Origin: Hormiphora californensis
Lineage: Eukaryota > Animalia > Ctenophora
Length of the DNA: 64,000 nucleotides
Direction of reading: 5' to 3'
NCBI GenBank assembly: GCA_020137815.1
Contig: CM035351.1
Coordinates: 2,542,001 to 2,606,000, forward strand
This document shows, in pieces, positions 1 through 26,339 of the stretch; position 1 is the first letter of the stretch, and each line of letters begins with the position of its first letter. The notes under the pieces were generated by a model. It ran no database searches, had not been told where the DNA came from, and was given only the letters and a program-made list of their open reading frames with translations. A program made the translations under genes and the position numbers.

Positions 1-256
1 GTATTTTGCTCTCCGCTTTTCGAACCTCATATTTGGTTGGGTCTAGCCAAGTTTCCGTGACCGCACATTGTGATAGTTTCTTTTTCTCTGGAGGAGGTAT
101 ACCCAGCAGTAGGATCTCAATAATTAGGCCGCCCGTCATTTTTGGAATGGACTCCACATCCTCGGTGAGGAGAGGACAACCGGTTATATCCTCCCGGTTG
201 ATCGCCTTATCAAATAACTCGGCGGTCTTGCAATCCCCATTAAAAACCTTTTCCAT
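1..256 (-). CDS. 5' part of an unidentified ORF running off the left edge (MEKVFNGDCKTAELFDKAINREDITGCPLL...)
   Basis: Minus-strand frame is open from ATG 256 to position 1 (85 codons). Preceded by a pyrimidine-rich acceptor ttttag at 270-269. No family recognised. Confidence 0.45.
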   Translation of the reverse strand, partial: MEKVFNGDCKTAELFDKAINREDITGCPLLTEDVESIPKMTGGLIIEILLLGIPPPEKKKLSQCAVTETWLDPTKYEVRKAESKI

Positions 257-959
257 GTTTCATGGCTCCTAAAAATAAGGAGTGACAGGAATTGAGGGGT
301 ATAGGTAGAGAATAATGGAGGGCTCGTGGAGTGTGGTTGGCCGACCGCCAACAAAAAGTCAGAAGACAAACACAAAATATTTGCTTGGCCTACGCTGCAG
401 CAGTAGCCGTCAAAAACACACGCACTAGGGGACTGCAGAGCTTGCCAAAGCGAAACAGCAAACCGACAGCGCATGCCGTTACGATCTGGGTGGTTGGTGG
501 TCTGTTTAAAGGCGCACGCTGCCAAAAAACTAAATCATCACAAAATACTTATTATTCCGCCTTGTAGCCTTTATTGCTAGAAGACCACTTAAATATACTA
601 AATCACACACAGGCAAAACTTTCTAAAGCGATGGAGCCTACTCTGAAATTATCTGGTAGGAAATGTCAATGCCTAACCCCAACCCAAACCCCAACCCTCC
701 TCCTACTTTAGCCCTAACCCTAAAAAACCCCAAGTGCTGACAGATTTTATCTCCGACCTGCCAAAAAAATTTTTTTTTGAAAATTCACTAACCCCAACAC
801 CGATTGGCATCACTTTCCAACAGCCGAAGAGAAGCTGCCGAAGAGAGAAAGGGGGTAACCATATGAAGAGTTAATCGCGATGAGTCTCATTCACATTGGG
901 TTCGATCATTTGCCCCCGGTGTTGGGGTTAGTAATAAATAAATCTTAAAATCACTCAAA

Positions 960-1264
960 TATTACTATACATAAATAAATAAAATCTCACACATGTTTCA
1001 AATATTGAAGTCCATGTTTTCCAATCCTGTTGGGGCGTACTTTGTACGGCATCCTCTCAGCGACCTCAGGGTGGCTACCAGTAGGCAGAATCTGAGCCGC
1101 CTTCTGATTGCCGCCAAAGCCTCACTGTAGATTTCTCCGTGTTTGTTTTCAATAAGTTTGGCTGTCTTCTTAATCGCTTTGTCCATTTCAGGGCCAACAC
1201 CACCTGTTGTGGTAAACACTAGTGGAGAAAAGGTCCCGCCCTCGACAATCTGGACTCGTCTCAT
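960..1264 (-). mobile_element. 3' fragment of an RLE-type (CRE/NeSL-like) non-LTR retrotransposon
   Basis: ORF 998-1264 (VEGGTFSPLVFTTTGGVG...RRRLRFCLLVATLRSLRG) resembles the C-terminal restriction-like endonuclease tail of CRE-clade elements. AT-rich tail follows; 5'-truncated. Confidence 0.7.
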
Positions 1265-1296
1265 GCCAAAAAAATTGCCGAAAACGAAGTTTATAC

Positions 1297-1444
1297 TCCA
1301 TTTTTTTTTTCAACTGTTCACCCCCCAAAGTCGTGCGCGGAATTGTTTTGCGCGTCTATCACATGTTAACGTGTAGCGCGCGCCACGAAAATTCTAAATT
1401 TCACTGAAATTTCAATTTTGGGTGAACAGTTGAAAAAAAATGGA
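1297..1444. mobile_element. Short MITE (diverged relative of the aaagtcgg family)
   Basis: Inverted repeats tccattttttttttcaactgttcaccc / gggtgaacagttgaaaaaaaatgga. Internal cacatgttaacgtg is shared with 27926-28078. Confidence 0.6.
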
Positions 1445-2083
1445 CTTTTTAAAAGTTTCATGAAATTTCATCTTTTTTATTATTATTATTATTTACCTTG
1501 GCTTATTCTGCGCCGCGCGGCCCGAAGTGGATTGCGCGCGGCGTTAATTTTGGTTTTGCGCGCGAGAATTGCAAGAATGGCGCGCAGCTCCCGTTCGATA
1601 AATTTACCTCCGCAAACAATCGTGGTGTGATGTCATCGTGCAGACCTCGTTCCAAACTGAGGTGGGGTGGATCTAGATTTATCAAAACATCTTTTTAGTT
1701 TTTTCAGAAGTTCGTTGTCAAGCGATTCTTAACTATTTGCTTGTTATTCTTCAGATGCATTTCACATATGTCAGTTGTCGCTATACATTTGCCGATTACC
1801 GATAATTGCGGTTAACTACCAGTAGGCAGTAATAGTAATACGATAATACCTCTCGTACGCGTTCTCTTGAGACGGCGTGTACCGCCATGCGCTACAACCG
1901 CACTTGCTTTTCTCAGGGCGTTTTAAAAAATCTGCATGCGACATTGCCATGCTCACTATGAGAGATCTAACACGCTTTTATTCTATAGGTAGTTGATGGG
2001 GTGTGGATTCTTAGATAGTAGTTTGTAGACTAAATCTGTTCTGTGAGAACCAGAGAGTGTAATTGAGAGTGATAGTGAGAGAG

Positions 2084-15099
<13,016 letters not shown>

Positions 15100-16414
15100 A
15101 GAAGAAAGAAGAAGTAGTGAAGACGAAGTAGCTGCGGGAGGGAGAAAGAAGTGAGAGATGAAGAGCAGAAATTTAAACGGAATATGTTCAGGATGATACA
15201 TCCCTCCCGAATAAAACCCCCAACTGATATATGTAGCCCATTGCCCAAGATCCTTGGTTATCGAAATGTGTGGAATGAGCTCAGCTCAATGTTCACATTT
15301 GTCGAAAAGCTTGTTAATGAGTTGTTTTGTCCCCCACCCCCTTTATAATTAACAAGTTGGTTGTGTATTTGTATGAAGTGTGTGTTTTGTGTTGATTAGA
15401 AAAACGTGTTTCGTGTGCTGGTTCTATGTAGACAGATACTTAGATTTTGTGAAAAAAAGAGATTTAGACAATGTTTTTTGAGTGTGTGTTTTGCTAAAAC
15501 CTGTTTCTGAATAACTTAGCAACAAATAATAGTAAGTTATAATAGAACGAGAGAGAGAAAGCACCACTGATTTAAGATATGTAAGAAAGAGAACCTTTTC
15601 AGAGAGCTTTGATGATTAATGATGAATTGATGAAATGATGTTGAACCCCGCTATATAAGTTATACATGGTATATATACATGGTATATAATAATGTATATA
15701 CATTATACAATTTGGATGTGTATCTAACTCTCTGTTTTCGGAAGCTAACAGCAGATATCACTGTGTGTCTTCTGTTAAGAACAGAGTAGCATGTTTGCCC
15801 CCATATTTATTGTTTTTGCCGCGGCTGTTAATTAGTGCCACACCGCTATTGAATTAAGTTCCCTAATATATATTTGGTGCATTATGATACCCCCTGTTCC
15901 CCCTGTTCTGAAGTAGATATTTGAATACATTGTGCTTCTGACACAGAGATATTCAAAGCGTTTATTTGGGCTGTCTAGTAAGTTATTTAGCCCATCATTG
16001 TCCCGCTGCAAGGACTCCCTGCTATGTTAAAATGTCCCATTACTACTGCTACAACATGCATTGAGTGACACGTCTATCAAATTTATGCCGGGTGAAGCTT
16101 GACAGCTAACAACTAGAAGTATACAAGGTTTGGTTCAGGGAAGCCTGCTGTGCGACCCTGTGTCAATACCCGGATAGTTTGCCCCCGTAATTTAGTAACA
16201 CAATTGCTATACGAATATAATGTGTCCTTAAATGTGCGTCTATTTTTTCGTTGTATTTGGTTAAGTTTTTATAAGTTTTTATCGCCAGGCAGATCTAGCG
16301 ACACACAATCAGTCTAGTGATATTTTGGTATAGTGCAAGCCGTGCCTCCAGATCGCCCTAGTGTTGGTGACCCCATATTAGCCAACATTGGTGTATATCG
16401 GGGTCCCACCGCAG

Positions 16415-16472
16415 CTGTATGGCGGCGCCATACCCCATTTGATTCTCAGATGGGGTCGGCGGCGCCAGACAG
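16415..16472 (-). mobile_element. Ultra-short CTGT...ACAG hairpin element (copy in Musashi 3' region)
   Basis: Reverse-complement homologue of 62488-62553 and 57810-57848. TSD imperfect here. Confidence 0.7.
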
Positions 16473-17970
16473 CACGGCGCAGGGGGTTCTGGATCATGAC
16501 TTGTAGTTCTGTACAGTGAGATATTGAGAGAAATATAACTTGAAATTAATAAGGCCATCTTTACACTTCCTTAGAAAGAAATATTTTCGCGTTTTAAAAG
16601 TGTTTGTGTGTTGGTATGAGTGATTGTGGGTATTATTATATGTGAATTCTTGAAGAAGTGTGCCGTGTCTATTGAAAAATAAAAAGAGAAAAATAGAATA
16701 CAGATATAATAGCTTGGTATTAGAGGTAGACGTAGCCGAAAAGTATATTATATATGATCGATGATTTATGGCACAATTTCCCCCTAAAAAGTGCGATACC
16801 CCGCGGTATCAGATCACACGTGTATCAAGCACGTGTTTTGTGAGCCTGCCACCTCGAAATTCCCAACCCGGGTCTCTGTATATACACAGACATCATGATA
16901 CATACTGATAGATGTATAGATCATGAAATTTGATCTCGTTTCTAGCCGTGCATCATAACCCAAAAGAGGTCAAAAACACATGATATTCCGTATGCTCCCA
17001 TGTCCCTGCAACACGCACGTGCTTATTTGTGAGATTCGGTAATTTGTACAGTGTGTTACTATTTCATTTCGGATACTTAGTAGTGAGATTGAGAGAGTCA
17101 GAGAGAGAGAGAGATGGAGTCAGAGTAAGAGATATTAAACTTAAAAAGATGTCCTAGGTTTTTGGTCTGAATCTGGCCCTTTCACCTTTGAGAATTTAAG
17201 ATTTATGAAAAATGCCACGTGTATAATAAAAGGGAACTCCGATGGGTGGATCCCCAACACGTGATATGTTAACACTTGTTAACATCTTATATTAACACAG
17301 TTTGATGTTTTTCACACATGTGTGAGATCGAGATGATGATGATGTTGAGAAGACCTCATTGATACCGATTAACTGATGTTTATTACTGAAGTCTGAAAAC
17401 ACCGCCTTTTTTATTTGTACCCAATATTAAACAGTGACCGCTTGACACGCAGACATGGTTTTGGGGAATGGCCGGACCGGGGGATGCGCGACTTGTGGTA
17501 CATAGTACATACTGACGTGCTACACTGTCCCTCTGAGCAGCCGCTGTGGTAAATAGTTACTGTTAGCTGTCGCTGACAGGGACAGTGTACTACTCACAGC
17601 ATTCTAAACGTGTGTAGCTGTAGCCTACATCACGCTGACTTTCTCTCTCGTAAGAGGAGTGGTCAGGTACTGGTACTTCAGAATGAATAATTCAACAACA
17701 AGCCAGAAGTCCTGGGTGTCCAAACCGTCACTGTTTATGAAAGAAAAGTAGAGCCGGAATTTTTGTAAACATTTACAGCAGAAAGATTTATAAAATTAAA
17801 TTTCGTGGCCTCAATCCATCGAAACATAAAATGAGTAAAATATGAGTCCGTCATTATATCACACATTAGCACACATTACTTGTGTTTAACACAATTAATA
17901 ATTGTCCCCTCATTCCCCAGCTGTCACATCTTGAGTATATAATGAGGTCTCCTAGGTAGTAATGACACGA

Positions 17971-20900
17971 TTATAGAACCTCGTCCAATGCCTCGATTAT
18001 CATGACCCGATCACTCTGAAACAATGAAGCGTTAGTACTGGGTGAGTGAAGGGGTTACCCGGAAGACTATTAAAATATTGTACAAAAGTGTTTGAGGGGG
18101 GGGGGGGGGGGATTTGGTATCGAAGACACCTCACCTCACACTCAGTATCGAAGACACCTCACACTCAGGTCGCCGGGCGACCTTCGCGCGCGCTGGCAAG
18201 GGGTAACTTCGTAACCAAGGGGGTGATATCACCATTAGGCACGATGATGGTAACCATGACACAAATATGCCCAATCTATAAATATGCCCCCAGTTACCTC
18301 ATTGACTAGGTTGTGATGTACTAGGTCGTCTACTAGGGTGGTAGGACTATCCTCCTGTAGCGAGATCTCTGTGTCCAACTTTCTTATCAAGTTGTCTGAG
18401 AACTGGAACTCCAGTAACAACTGAGAGAGGGAGGGGGGTTGAAATGTGGGATTGGTGAGGTGGGGTATCAGCACTCAGTAGGCTTAGGGGGCGAAATAAT
18501 AGAATCGTTTTATAGGTGGTGTTAGTTGGCCAGCCGCGGAGTAAGTAGTTAAAATATTCAAAGAAGATGGAAACTGGAAAGGGACCGGTGGTAAATTTAG
18601 CAGTCAGTCCACCATAACTTACGTTAGCCTTATTGGAATCTGAAGAGTGGAGAGAGGTGTTGAGATGACAGTTGATGGTTAGAATTAATCGCTCTTCCTT
18701 CTTGGTCATACTCGGAGCTGATTCCTCGTCCCCCGGGCTCACAGGTATCTCCTTTACAGGCCCCTTAGTGACATCAATACCACACAGAGGGAACATACCC
18801 GAACTGGGAAAGAAGGGAAATATATGTGAAATATGTGCCCAGTTGACATTATCTGAGTGTCTCTATCTCTCTCTCACACACATTAGATTTGTTAAAGACA
18901 TGGTGTGGTCAGTAGAGTAGGGAGTTTTACTAAAACTTGACGCCTGCCTGAGGATTCCAAACTTACTTGATATCAGTAATCAGTCTATCGAAATCCACCA
19001 GCTGGACCTGTCTCTCTATCTTCTTGTGTTTATCATTCACTAGCACACTCTTAGACGAACAGTAGTTTATTTTGTTGTCCTCTTTAAAGTTCTTGTACAG
19101 GGTGTCAAACTCTTCTGGAGTTTCTAACCCGCTCGATTTGAGGGCGTAGAATGCTAATACTTTCAGAGGTGGAGCCTGCAATAGGAAATTGTAACTTCAT
19201 TACATTAGAAGATAGTTCATTAGAGCTGACTATCTCTTGTCTAGAGTCAAAAGATAAAATACGGTTGGTTTTGAATACAACAAACGGGATGATTATGCAG
19301 GCAGATTACCTCTCTGAAAATGCAGTGTTCTTTGAGCTGTGCTGCAGTAGCGTCAGGAGAAAAACATAGATTTAGGAAGTCTTGTTTGAGAGGATCACAC
19401 GATGCTAGGACTGCCTGTTGCTCCTCAACTGTTAGCTCTCGTCTCCCTTTCTTTGCTGTAGCTGTCGCACCTGCACCCCTCTGTGAAGGAGTGAAGTGAT
19501 TAAGGGTACACCTGCACCTCTCTGTGAAGGAGTGAAGATTAAGGGTACACCTGCACCTCTCTGTGAAGGAGTGAAGTGATTAAGGGTACACCTGCACCTC
19601 TCTGTGAAGGAGTGAAGATGAACTTACGTCTTTATTAGGATTTCGATGTGAATTGCATTGAAAGTAGGCGCACGCGCAGTGTCAGCAGCAGTGTGAATCT
19701 CTGGCATCAAGAAACTGGCTCCAGTAGTCAAATCTCTAACTGGGGCCTAACCCTGTGTAATCTAGTGTAACTTAGTGTAACTCACGTCTTTATTAGGAGG
19801 ATCTAGAGCGATCTTAGGGAGGTTAACGAGATCAAAATCCTCAACTCCGGTAGCGAACACCTCTAATAGACAGTTACCAAAGTCCTTTAGATCCGTTGAG
19901 TTGGGAGTCTTGTAAAACCATTTTTCATCTGAAATATAGAAATTTTACAATTTTTATAGAGCACTGAGAATTGTGTTATTACATTTATAGAGCAATACTG
20001 TGGATTTTGTTCTGTACCACTACTACTAGACTGGATTATCTAGTTCCCCTATAAGGACTCTCAGGAGTTATCTATACTAAACTCCAACCTCTATTGTTAA
20101 CTCGGTCCTTCTATCTCGCTGCCCAACATCTCCCTTATTTACCGAATTCATGTCCCTCGCTAAGGGAATGTAGGAAGTCCTTGATAATGTTGGGCGCCAC
20201 AGATCCCACTTTTATAATTCCATCGTGGTGAATGTAGATGGTATCACAGTTAAGGTGACCGTGGGTAATGTTCCTTTCCTGATGAAGATATCTGGGAGAG
20301 AGAGGAGAGAGTTAGAAAAGATGAGGGATGGGGAGAGTTAGAAAATGGAAGAGAGTGTGCTAGAAAATGGTGTAGACAATGTCTCTCATATATGTAGTTC
20401 GAGAGAGGGAGATAGAGATGGGGGCACATTTGAGGGAAGCGAGCTAGATATAATTTGAGGCACTACGGAGATGGATAGGATGGAGGTTGTTCCTAAAGTT
20501 GCGTACTCACTCCAGTGCGTCTAATATTTGTCTACACCATCTCTTCCACAGTTTTGTGCCGATTAGTTTGTTACTGTTTCTGTTCTTTCTGAGAAATCCC
20601 CGGAGAGTGCCAGCGGATGTATACTCAGTGATGAAAATAATCTAGTGGGAAAATGGGTATTAGATTCGATGTTTTCATTGGGTCTCTCTGACAGAGAATA
20701 AGGATCGGCGTTTTTCTATAATAAAAGCCGTCTACTGTACAGTCGGAATGTCATTGAGTCACACTATTTGAGTTAGTCTAGTATTTGAGTTTAAAAATAG
20801 ATAACTGACATACAATTAAACTAACGACCTACTTTAAATTCTTCCTCTTCTTCTTCATCTCTTATCCAGTAGCCTCCATAGCTTAGCAGGTTGTTATGTT

Positions 20901-21299
20901 CTATCCCCTTAAAATTCTTTAGTACCCTCTCTACCGCAGCTTTCGAATCGTTTTGCCGCAAAGACGAGTACATCTCTTTACTTATCTGGAGTAGATTGTT
21001 ATTTCAGAGCGAGATATAACTTTTAATTCCTATAATTATACAGAGTTATACAGAGAGTTAAGATCTGAGATAGGGAAATGTGATAAACGTCAAACAGCCC
21101 CACAACTTACAGCTATTTCGTTCCAAACCACTTCCTTTCCCTCCTCCATATCTAGGGCAAGGTAACAAGCGTTCACTCCTTTGACCATGGTCTGAACTTG
21201 AGTGTCCCTTCTGTGCCACCTCCCATTCGGGGATATGTCCACATACTCATCATTTTCACTGTCCCCCTCCTCACTGCCGGAAAACTTTTCACCACTCAT
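17971..21299 (-). CDS. NRBP: Nuclear receptor-binding protein (NRBP/Madm) pseudokinase, 10 exons
   Basis: Exons 21299-21111, 20985-20833, 20641-20511, 20291-20143, 19928-19786, 19480-19310, 19175-18967, 18803-18623, 18420-18298, 18015-17971. Motifs SPNGRW, EEGKEVVWNE, IFITEY, WKRWCRQIL, HGHLNCDTIYI (degenerate catalytic loop), KVGSVAP (no DFG), BC-box-like PPLKVLA, C-terminal LVDDLVHHNLVNE. Confidence 0.9.
19468..19618 (-). repeat. 38-41 bp tandem repeat x4 containing the NRBP exon-6 acceptor
   Basis: Plus-strand unit cacctgcacctctctgtgaaggagtgaag(tg)attaagggta; on the minus strand it reads ...cttcacag|agaggtgcaggtg. Confidence 0.85.
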
Positions 21300-21816
21300 T
21301 GCTACAAAGGAGAGAAGGGTGTTGAGTTTTATTACAATTTGACCAGGGGCTTGTGGGTTGGTGTGGGGTTATTGAGTCAAGAATATTGACATGCTGAGAG
21401 GTAAAATTTCAAGTAAATTGGATCGCTGAGTGTGGGAACATTTGCGCGCGCGCAGGTTATACCGCGCAATAAAACTCAGTTGCGTGTCACCGCGCCATCC
21501 GTCTGTGTGCAGTGGAAGGAATACTGTACAGGAAAGGAAATGTGGGATTCATGCCAAGTGAAGAATGTACAAGACCGATATAAGACCGATAGAGCGGAGA
21601 GAGAAAGCGAGAAATAGACTGACTACTAAGATGGTGTAACGACGAACAACTAGAATGGGAGAATCAGAGAAAGCTAAAAACAAATAATTATCTATCATAA
21701 ATTAAACATGGTCATAGTTCAACATCAGGTCCTCTTTAATTGTTTTAATTGCGGCTATGCGTCTAAAATAGATCATGATCAGAGAAAGAAAGTAAAGGAA
21801 CATAAAATTGTGTATA

Positions 21817-22636
21817 TAGTTAGGAACACTATTGGTGCGCGGTCGTGCCCACGGAAGGAGTGCTTGGATCATTTTGAAACCGGTTTTAAGTTAACTAATG
21901 CATATCCAAAAGTGTCTGTAGCTATTTGGGTGATGTTCTGACAATCCAATCACGAGTTATGACGAAAAAACAGTCAAAAAAGACGTTTTAAAGTGACAAA
22001 AAGGAGGATCTGAACACAGCCCTTATATGAAGGGTTGGGGCTATGAAACTTCTTGAGTGGACAGAGAATCGTCCAAATTTGCAGTGCCAACTTTGGAATA
22101 GTTTCTATCTTTTGTAGTTATCTAATTAGAGCCGTTCAAACATGTGAGACGATCTGCAAAAAGGGTGATTTGGTACTGTTTCCGTCCCATATTGCTTGCT
22201 CTCACCGCTTGTATGCTTTAATCTGCTCTCTAATTGGGTAAATCTCGTCAAGTGATCACTTCACAAGCAAAAATACCTAGTATTAGAGGCCCCTGCAGCA
22301 TCGTCTCACATGTTTAAACAGCTCTAATTAGATAACTACAAAAGATAGAAACTATTCCAAAGTTGGCACTGCAAATTTGGACGATTCTCTGTCCACTCAA
22401 GAAGTTTCATAGCCCCAACCCTTCATATAAGGGCTGTGTTCAGATCCTCCTTTTTGTCACTTTAAAACGTCTTTTTTGACTGTTTTTTCGTCATAACTCG
22501 TGATTGGATTGTCAGAACATCACCCAAATAGCTACAGACACTTTTGGATATGCATTAGTTAACTTAAAACCGGTTTCAAGATGATCCAAGCACTCCTTCC
22601 GTGGGCACGACCGCGCACCAATAGTGTTCCTAACTA
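21817..22636. mobile_element. 820-bp foldback MITE with ~340-bp near-perfect arms
   Basis: tagttaggaacactattggtgcgcggtcg... at 21817 pairs with ...cgaccgcgcaccaatagtgttcctaacta at 22636. Spacer ~22160-22290. Confidence 0.9.
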
Positions 22637-24838
22637 ATACCGAATAAATATACTGCATATTTTTTGTCGATTGCCCTTGAAGTTTCTTGTTTTTTCAAAC
22701 CCGGGGTGCGGGGAGAGAGGGTCAAGCAGGGCAAGAAGTTTCGTGAAAAAGAGCCCCTGTGACAACAGATGCAAAAAACGTCAGAATGATGTCTACATGA
22801 CAACCCCAGCATCAGGAATAATTAGGAAGGCTAACAGGTGCAGTGGTAACTCCCACAGCCCTCTCCGATTAGAAACTAGGGTGGTCCATTGTGTGTTTGT
22901 GTGTTAGGATCAGTAGTTATTCCCAAGTCCCAACTGTAGATTATAAGGAAACGGAAAGAAACCATTCATCAATAAAGTCCAATACTTTTGCCAAATAGCT
23001 AACCCAGCATTTCATTGTTCAAGATTATCCGAATTTCGAAAAGTCCCCCGTTTTCGTCGTATATGTCATTTATGAATAACCCCAAAGTCTTAGTATAATT
23101 TATAAATCACAATTTAATTTGAAGTTTATGAATATTGAATCACAGTGACTCATTGTCCTAGTTATGATCTAACCCTTCTTTAAATTTGTGTGGGGCACGG
23201 GGAGACAGGGTCGAACAAGGCAACATTTTCCTAGTTTGTCGTGTTAGTCTGTGTTTTACAAAAGTATGATTCCTTTTGGGCAACACTAAATTTCGATAAT
23301 TCAAAACGGTATTATTCCATACTTCCTTGGTCTGAGTTGTTTTCCCAAGTTGCAATTCTTCGGAGTCAAAGGGTCGAATATTTCTACTCAGTATTAAATT
23401 GCACTCACAGCTCAGTCAGATGTCGTCAAAGTGGGGTCTTGAGTAAATTCGGAGTCTCGCTGACTCTAAAAACACTCTGAATTTTACAATTATTCGTCTT
23501 ATTAGATGTTCATTTTCTACACAGCTGTTATTATTTTCCAAATCCCTTGCACAGTTGAATGTTGTTGTTAAATGTTGCATAACTTGACACGAGTGTCTGT
23601 TGTTACCCTGGCTAAACCCAAGTTGTCAACGATAATGTTATGTCTTCGCCATGAACACGTGAAAAACATAAAGTCTAGAATGTCTTTATTAAAGACAACT
23701 ATGAAGACACTTGGACTTGGGGGTTATTTCATATTACAAATTGAAACAACTTGTTTCCAAACAATTGTTTCGATCAAATAAATCGATCTCATCAGTTGAT
23801 TCCACTTATTTTTAATTGTCTTACAAAAGACTGGCTGAAGGCCCGGTGAGGAGAGTCTTTAAAAACCAAAGCAAAGGGTCTACTTATGTGTGGGCTGTGC
23901 CACGTTAGGCCACTATCCGAAGTTTAGTACTAAGAGCAGCCTGTAGGATATACTTCAAGTAACGGATTTTATCAAACCCCCCCCCCCTCACAAACTGCTG
24001 AAGTGTAAAAACAGCTTTACTTCATTGGATTCATAAAATATTTCATGAAAGAATATGCTGCTTACCAACGTGTTGAATCTTTTTTCCCTATCTGCAGTTT
24101 CTGAAATTAAAAGGGGGTGAATAATGAATATATGGGGGCCATGTCATAAGTATCCTGTAGTACAAGATATCTATGATATGGCCCTTCATTCAGAGGAGAG
24201 AGAGAGATATATCGAATGAGAGAAATTAACAGAGAGAGAGAGAACAGTGTCTCATTATTATATTATTCAACAATGTCCATACTATTTATAAAACACAAAA
24301 CACGAGAACCCTTTGTTCCTGTCCCAGACCCTTTTTGTTACAAGTGTGTGAGTTTCTTGCACGATATTGTTGGCAGTATAAGAGTATCTGTGAGGTGATT
24401 CTGTGGCTTGTAATACTTTGTATGTTGTACTTGGGTCTTGGGTCTTGTGTGTGACCGCTTCATATACGGATTCCCTCTCAGTCCAAGGATGATCATAATA
24501 TTAATTACGAATCTAGAAAGGACAGATTTGTGTAGGTATCACCGTATTATATAGTCTGCAGTATGTCTATGTGATTTGAGTGGACGTATGATATACTGCA
24601 GTAGCATTATTAGCTGTACACCCATATTTGTTTGTTTTTCTTACCTCTTATTGCACACATTTTCAGTTTCGTTGTAACCGACATCTTGCAGTTATTGTGT
24701 ATTCGCCATTAAATTATCTAGCTAATCTCAGTTTCATATATGTTTGTTATATTTTAAGAAAATTATTGCAATTTGTGAATGACAATTCTACATGGTTTTT
24801 ACTTGTAGTCTGCAAATATCACTATTCTTGTCATTAGG

Positions 24839-25763
24839 ATGACCCCAAGATGGTTTTGGACATTGATACTGAAAATTACACTGATAAAAGGTAATAAGAA
24901 CTCTTGGACATTGGTGTTCTATAATAAAAACATTAGTGCCTCACGTGGTTCATTCCATGTTTTCTGCTTTCTTTTGCATGAGCTGTATAGTGTATTTATA
25001 AGATCAATACATGTACTAACTTCTACTACTACTACTACTACTACTACTTCAATGCATTTACTTGAATGCTAATACTCAATACTGAATACTAGCTAGTAAC
25101 TACTACTGCATACTACTACTACTAACTACCCTACTGAACACATTCTAATCGAAATCTAACTCGTTACAGGTCTGGAGTTACACATGAACTGTGATGACAT
25201 ATTAGAACTTTACATTGACGGGGTCAAACAATCTCTCCCTGAGTCGGAGGCAAACCAATACGATACCCCTTCCACCGTCTCTATTGCTGACGACACATCA
25301 GTAATCGCTGCCCAGTGCTGGAACAAGTTAGGAGGTCCCAAAGGACTCATTGGCTCTCTTATCTGGCGAGATGGGTCGGAAGTGGTTACGAATGAGAAGT
25401 GGTGGTGTTCGAACAACAGCACAGCCTCCTGGACATCCATACACTTTGATGCAGAGGAGGAGAGCGGCTGGGGGCCTGCAACTGTCTACAGCAGGGCGAG
25501 AGAGAGTTTTAATGATCCAATATCTGTCAATGCTAGCTATATTTGGGCTTCGAGCGGAGCCATCGCCTACTGTAGGATCAACTTGCCCGACAAGTTCGAA
25601 GGTGAGTAAAGGGTGGGTGTTTTGGGGTGGGTATTTTGGTGTATAATAATTAGTTTGCAATGGCTACCATGCATCCTGAATACCAATGTCCCCTGTTTCA
25701 GCAGTGTACCGTCCTGTCCGTCGTCTAGTATGTTGCCTGCATGTTAGTACGTCAAAAACTTGA
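24839..25763 (+). CDS. Secreted lectin-like (galactose-binding-like beta-sandwich) domain protein
   Basis: Exon 24839-24890 (MTPRWFWTLILKITLIK, signal-like, phase 1). Exon 25170-25601 (LHMNCDDILELYIDG...IAAQCWN..G.KGLIGS...VTNEKWWCS...W...F...WGPA...ASYIW...AYCR). Probable last exon from 25702 is uncertain. Confidence 0.7.
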
Positions 25764-26031
25764 ACAACGTAATGAAATTAACCAAGATATCTAGTGGGCT
25801 GGCGCCTGTGATTCAATCGCCGACCGATGGAATCAAACATCAAATGTTTAGATTTTAGAAGAGGGATAGTATCGGCTTCCTACTTAAAACTAAAAGTTCA
25901 CAAAAACGACAAGGTTACACCTGTTACAACTTGAGTCTTGAAAGTTATGATCTGTAGGAAATTAAAAGGGGCATCAGTCTGGATTGTTGTCTTGTTGACG
26001 CGAGACGTCAGAGCCCAGAGGGTAAAGACTA

Positions 26032-26115
26032 AGGGCGATTCAAAAAGGACGTCCAGGGGTAGGGGAGAGGTAGCCAAATGACCAAAATTCTTGGATGTCC
26101 TTTTTGAATCGCCCC
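26032..26115. mobile_element. Small Tourist/PIF-like MITE
   Basis: gggcgattcaaaaaggac...gtcctttttgaatcgccc inverted ends, with taa on both sides. Confidence 0.6.
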
Positions 26116-26339
26116 TAAACCGATTGCCATGCAGCAGTTGCCAGTTAACTGTTTCTATTTAGAGAAAAGGATAAATAGGTGAATTTGTGAGATTTAAAAA
26201 TGCGTTTTGAACTTGGCATGCGCTATTATACACTGCGCTGTGGGCCACTGTAGAGTGTAGGAAAGAGTAAAGACTAATAAGTAATATAACATAAATTGTT
26301 AAATAATTTTTATTTTTCGTGACTCGTATCGCATTCAAT

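Noticed and set aside
17971-21299. WNK kinase
   Set aside because: The catalytic loop and DFG are degenerate (HGHLNCDT, GSV) and the C-terminus is NRBP-type.
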